Source: Octopus sinensis
Lineage: Eukaryota
DNA: 64,000 bases
Direction: 5' to 3'
NCBI RefSeq assembly: GCF_006345805.1
Contig: NC_043026.1
Location: 14,859,579-14,923,578, forward strand
Of the stretch, positions 63,916-64,000 are shown piece by piece (within the stretch, counting starts at the first letter, position 1; every line of letters starts with the position of its first letter). The translations under genes were made by a program, and so were the position numbers. Below the pieces are notes generated by a model, which saw only the letters and a program-made list of their open reading frames with translations, was not told the DNA's origin and made no database searches.

Positions 63916-64000
63916 GATAACGAAATTTAAATTTTCTAAAGGTTAGTTTCCGTTTTCAGTTTCAATTTTCCTGTAACAAGCGGATTATAAGTGGATAAAA

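Larger units (their letters stand above)
63027..64000. mobile_element. PLE/retrozyme-like non-coding element: partial direct repeat plus long palindrome
   Basis: 63027-63096 is identical to 63521-63590 (494-bp period). Spacer-less palindrome centred at 63588/63589 spans 63177 to the window end. Confidence 0.8.

Overview
Repeat-rich, AT-rich eukaryotic (animal) DNA. The SINE families, (TA)n/(CA)n density and 5S sequence suggest a cephalopod such as Octopus (inference). Two spliced + strand genes are reconstructable: a 3-exon ALG2 mannosyltransferase (20494-25355, 400 aa) and an uncharacterised coiled-coil gene (8 phase-consistent coding exons, 49326-62186, continuing beyond the window). The rest is SINEs, LINE fragments (RTE, CR1-like, R4/Dong-like), Penelope-like (PLE) remnants, MITEs, a dispersed 5S rRNA copy and microsatellites. 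Most notable: (i) about nine recognisable minimal type I hammerhead ribozyme motifs plus degenerate ones, several inside long palindromes, including a retrozyme-like ~494-nt repeat with a >=412-bp-arm palindrome at the window end; (ii) a 13.5-kb, 143-bp satellite made by amplifying the left end of a TIR transposon inserted in a SINE; (iii) a ~20-copy array of Pol III SINE heads filling ALG2 intron 2. All calls are from reading by eye; no searches or folding programs were run, and repeat boundaries are approximate.
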